Shown in pieces: positions 57,393 to 57,648 of a stretch of DNA of 57,648 nt. The stretch is from positions 1-57,648 of the forward strand of contig JAHITY010000023.1 in assembly GCA_018817165.1 (NCBI GenBank). The letters run 5' to 3'. The notes beneath the pieces were generated by a model. The model saw only the letters and a list, made by a program, of their open reading frames with translations. It had not been told where the DNA came from and made no database searches. The DNA comes from Candidatus Omnitrophota bacterium. GTDB taxonomy: Bacteria; Omnitrophota; Gorgyraeia; B26-G9. Each line of letters opens with the position of its first letter. Position 1 is the stretch's first letter. A program made the position numbers and the translations under genes.

Positions 57393-57450
57393 ATGCATAA
57401 CAGTAAATATGTGTTTTGTCGCTTTTTGTAATATTTTTAGTTTAGGAACA
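57393..57450 (-). other. Candidate attI site
   Basis: GTTATGC core preceded by A-rich sequence (ACAAAAAGCGACAAAACACATATTTACT) with no attC L' arm or stem, at the head of the array. Confidence 0.45.
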
Positions 57451-57508
57451 AAGATGCATGCAAAACAGCAAAACACCATCCCCTCCCCACTCCAAAATTA
57501 AATGTTCC

Positions 57509-57648
57509 TGAGTTACCCCGGGTTTAACGGACAAATTAATTATGCAACACCTGCGACTCCATCATCTCGGGAGTAACGTAATTTAATGTTTGATGTAATC
57601 TCTGCCGGTTGTAAAAAATCTCTATAAACTTAAATATTTCTGATCTTG
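57509..57648 (-). mobile_element. Right end of an IS3-family element
   Basis: IR TGAGTTACCCCGGGTTTAACGGACA at 57509-57533, next to a transposase C-terminus. Confidence 0.85.
57536..57648 (-). CDS. IS3-family transposase OrfB, C-terminal fragment (partial)
   Basis: RSEIFKFIEIFYNRQRLHQTLNYVTPEMMESQVLHN* fits the IS3 IExFYNxxRxHxxLxyxxP motif. Confidence 0.85.
   Translation of the reverse strand, partial: RSEIFKFIEIFYNRQRLHQTLNYVTPEMMESQVLHN

Noticed and set aside
13604-57648. Integron integrase, reverse transcriptase/DGR or RAYT gene
   Set aside because: No tyrosine recombinase, YxDD RT or HUH motifs in any ORF; the enzymes proposed in the findings are not in this window.
1-57648. tRNA or rRNA genes
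   Set aside because: No cloverleaf/T-loop pattern or rRNA-like sequence seen in the intergenic regions.

Overview
AT-rich bacterial window, with gene content and style suggestive of a PVC-group/Ca. Omnitrophota organism (inference only). It is bounded by IS ends: an IS4-family transposase C-terminus with its IR at 1-115, and an IS3-family transposase C-terminus with its IR at 57509-57648. The first ~10 kb is core-like: hemW, a TPR-gluzincin peptidase, a GAF-GGDEF cyclase, smc and a DUF4139 gene. The SMC is unusual: an AMPK-beta/CBM48-type glycogen-binding domain is inserted in its hinge, and the hinge GG motif is lost. From ~10 kb to 57.4 kb lie about 50 unrelated genes, all on the minus strand, mostly exported, membrane or lipid-modifying proteins. 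Many gaps between them carry integron attC-like sites: near-complete at 41147-41215 and 56860-56934, plus ~15 decayed arms, and an attI-like site lies at ~57401. No integrase is in the window. The spacers are not plain attC sites. They are mosaics of a recurring GGGG-junction motif just after the stop codon, a shared attC-like left arm lacking the AAC cytosine, heptamer repeats, and REP-like hairpins inserted repeatedly at the same point in the L' box. This decaying, mosaic-spacer cassette array and the SMC-CBM48 fusion are the two strongest candidates for undescribed biology. All calls were made by eye; no database searches were run.
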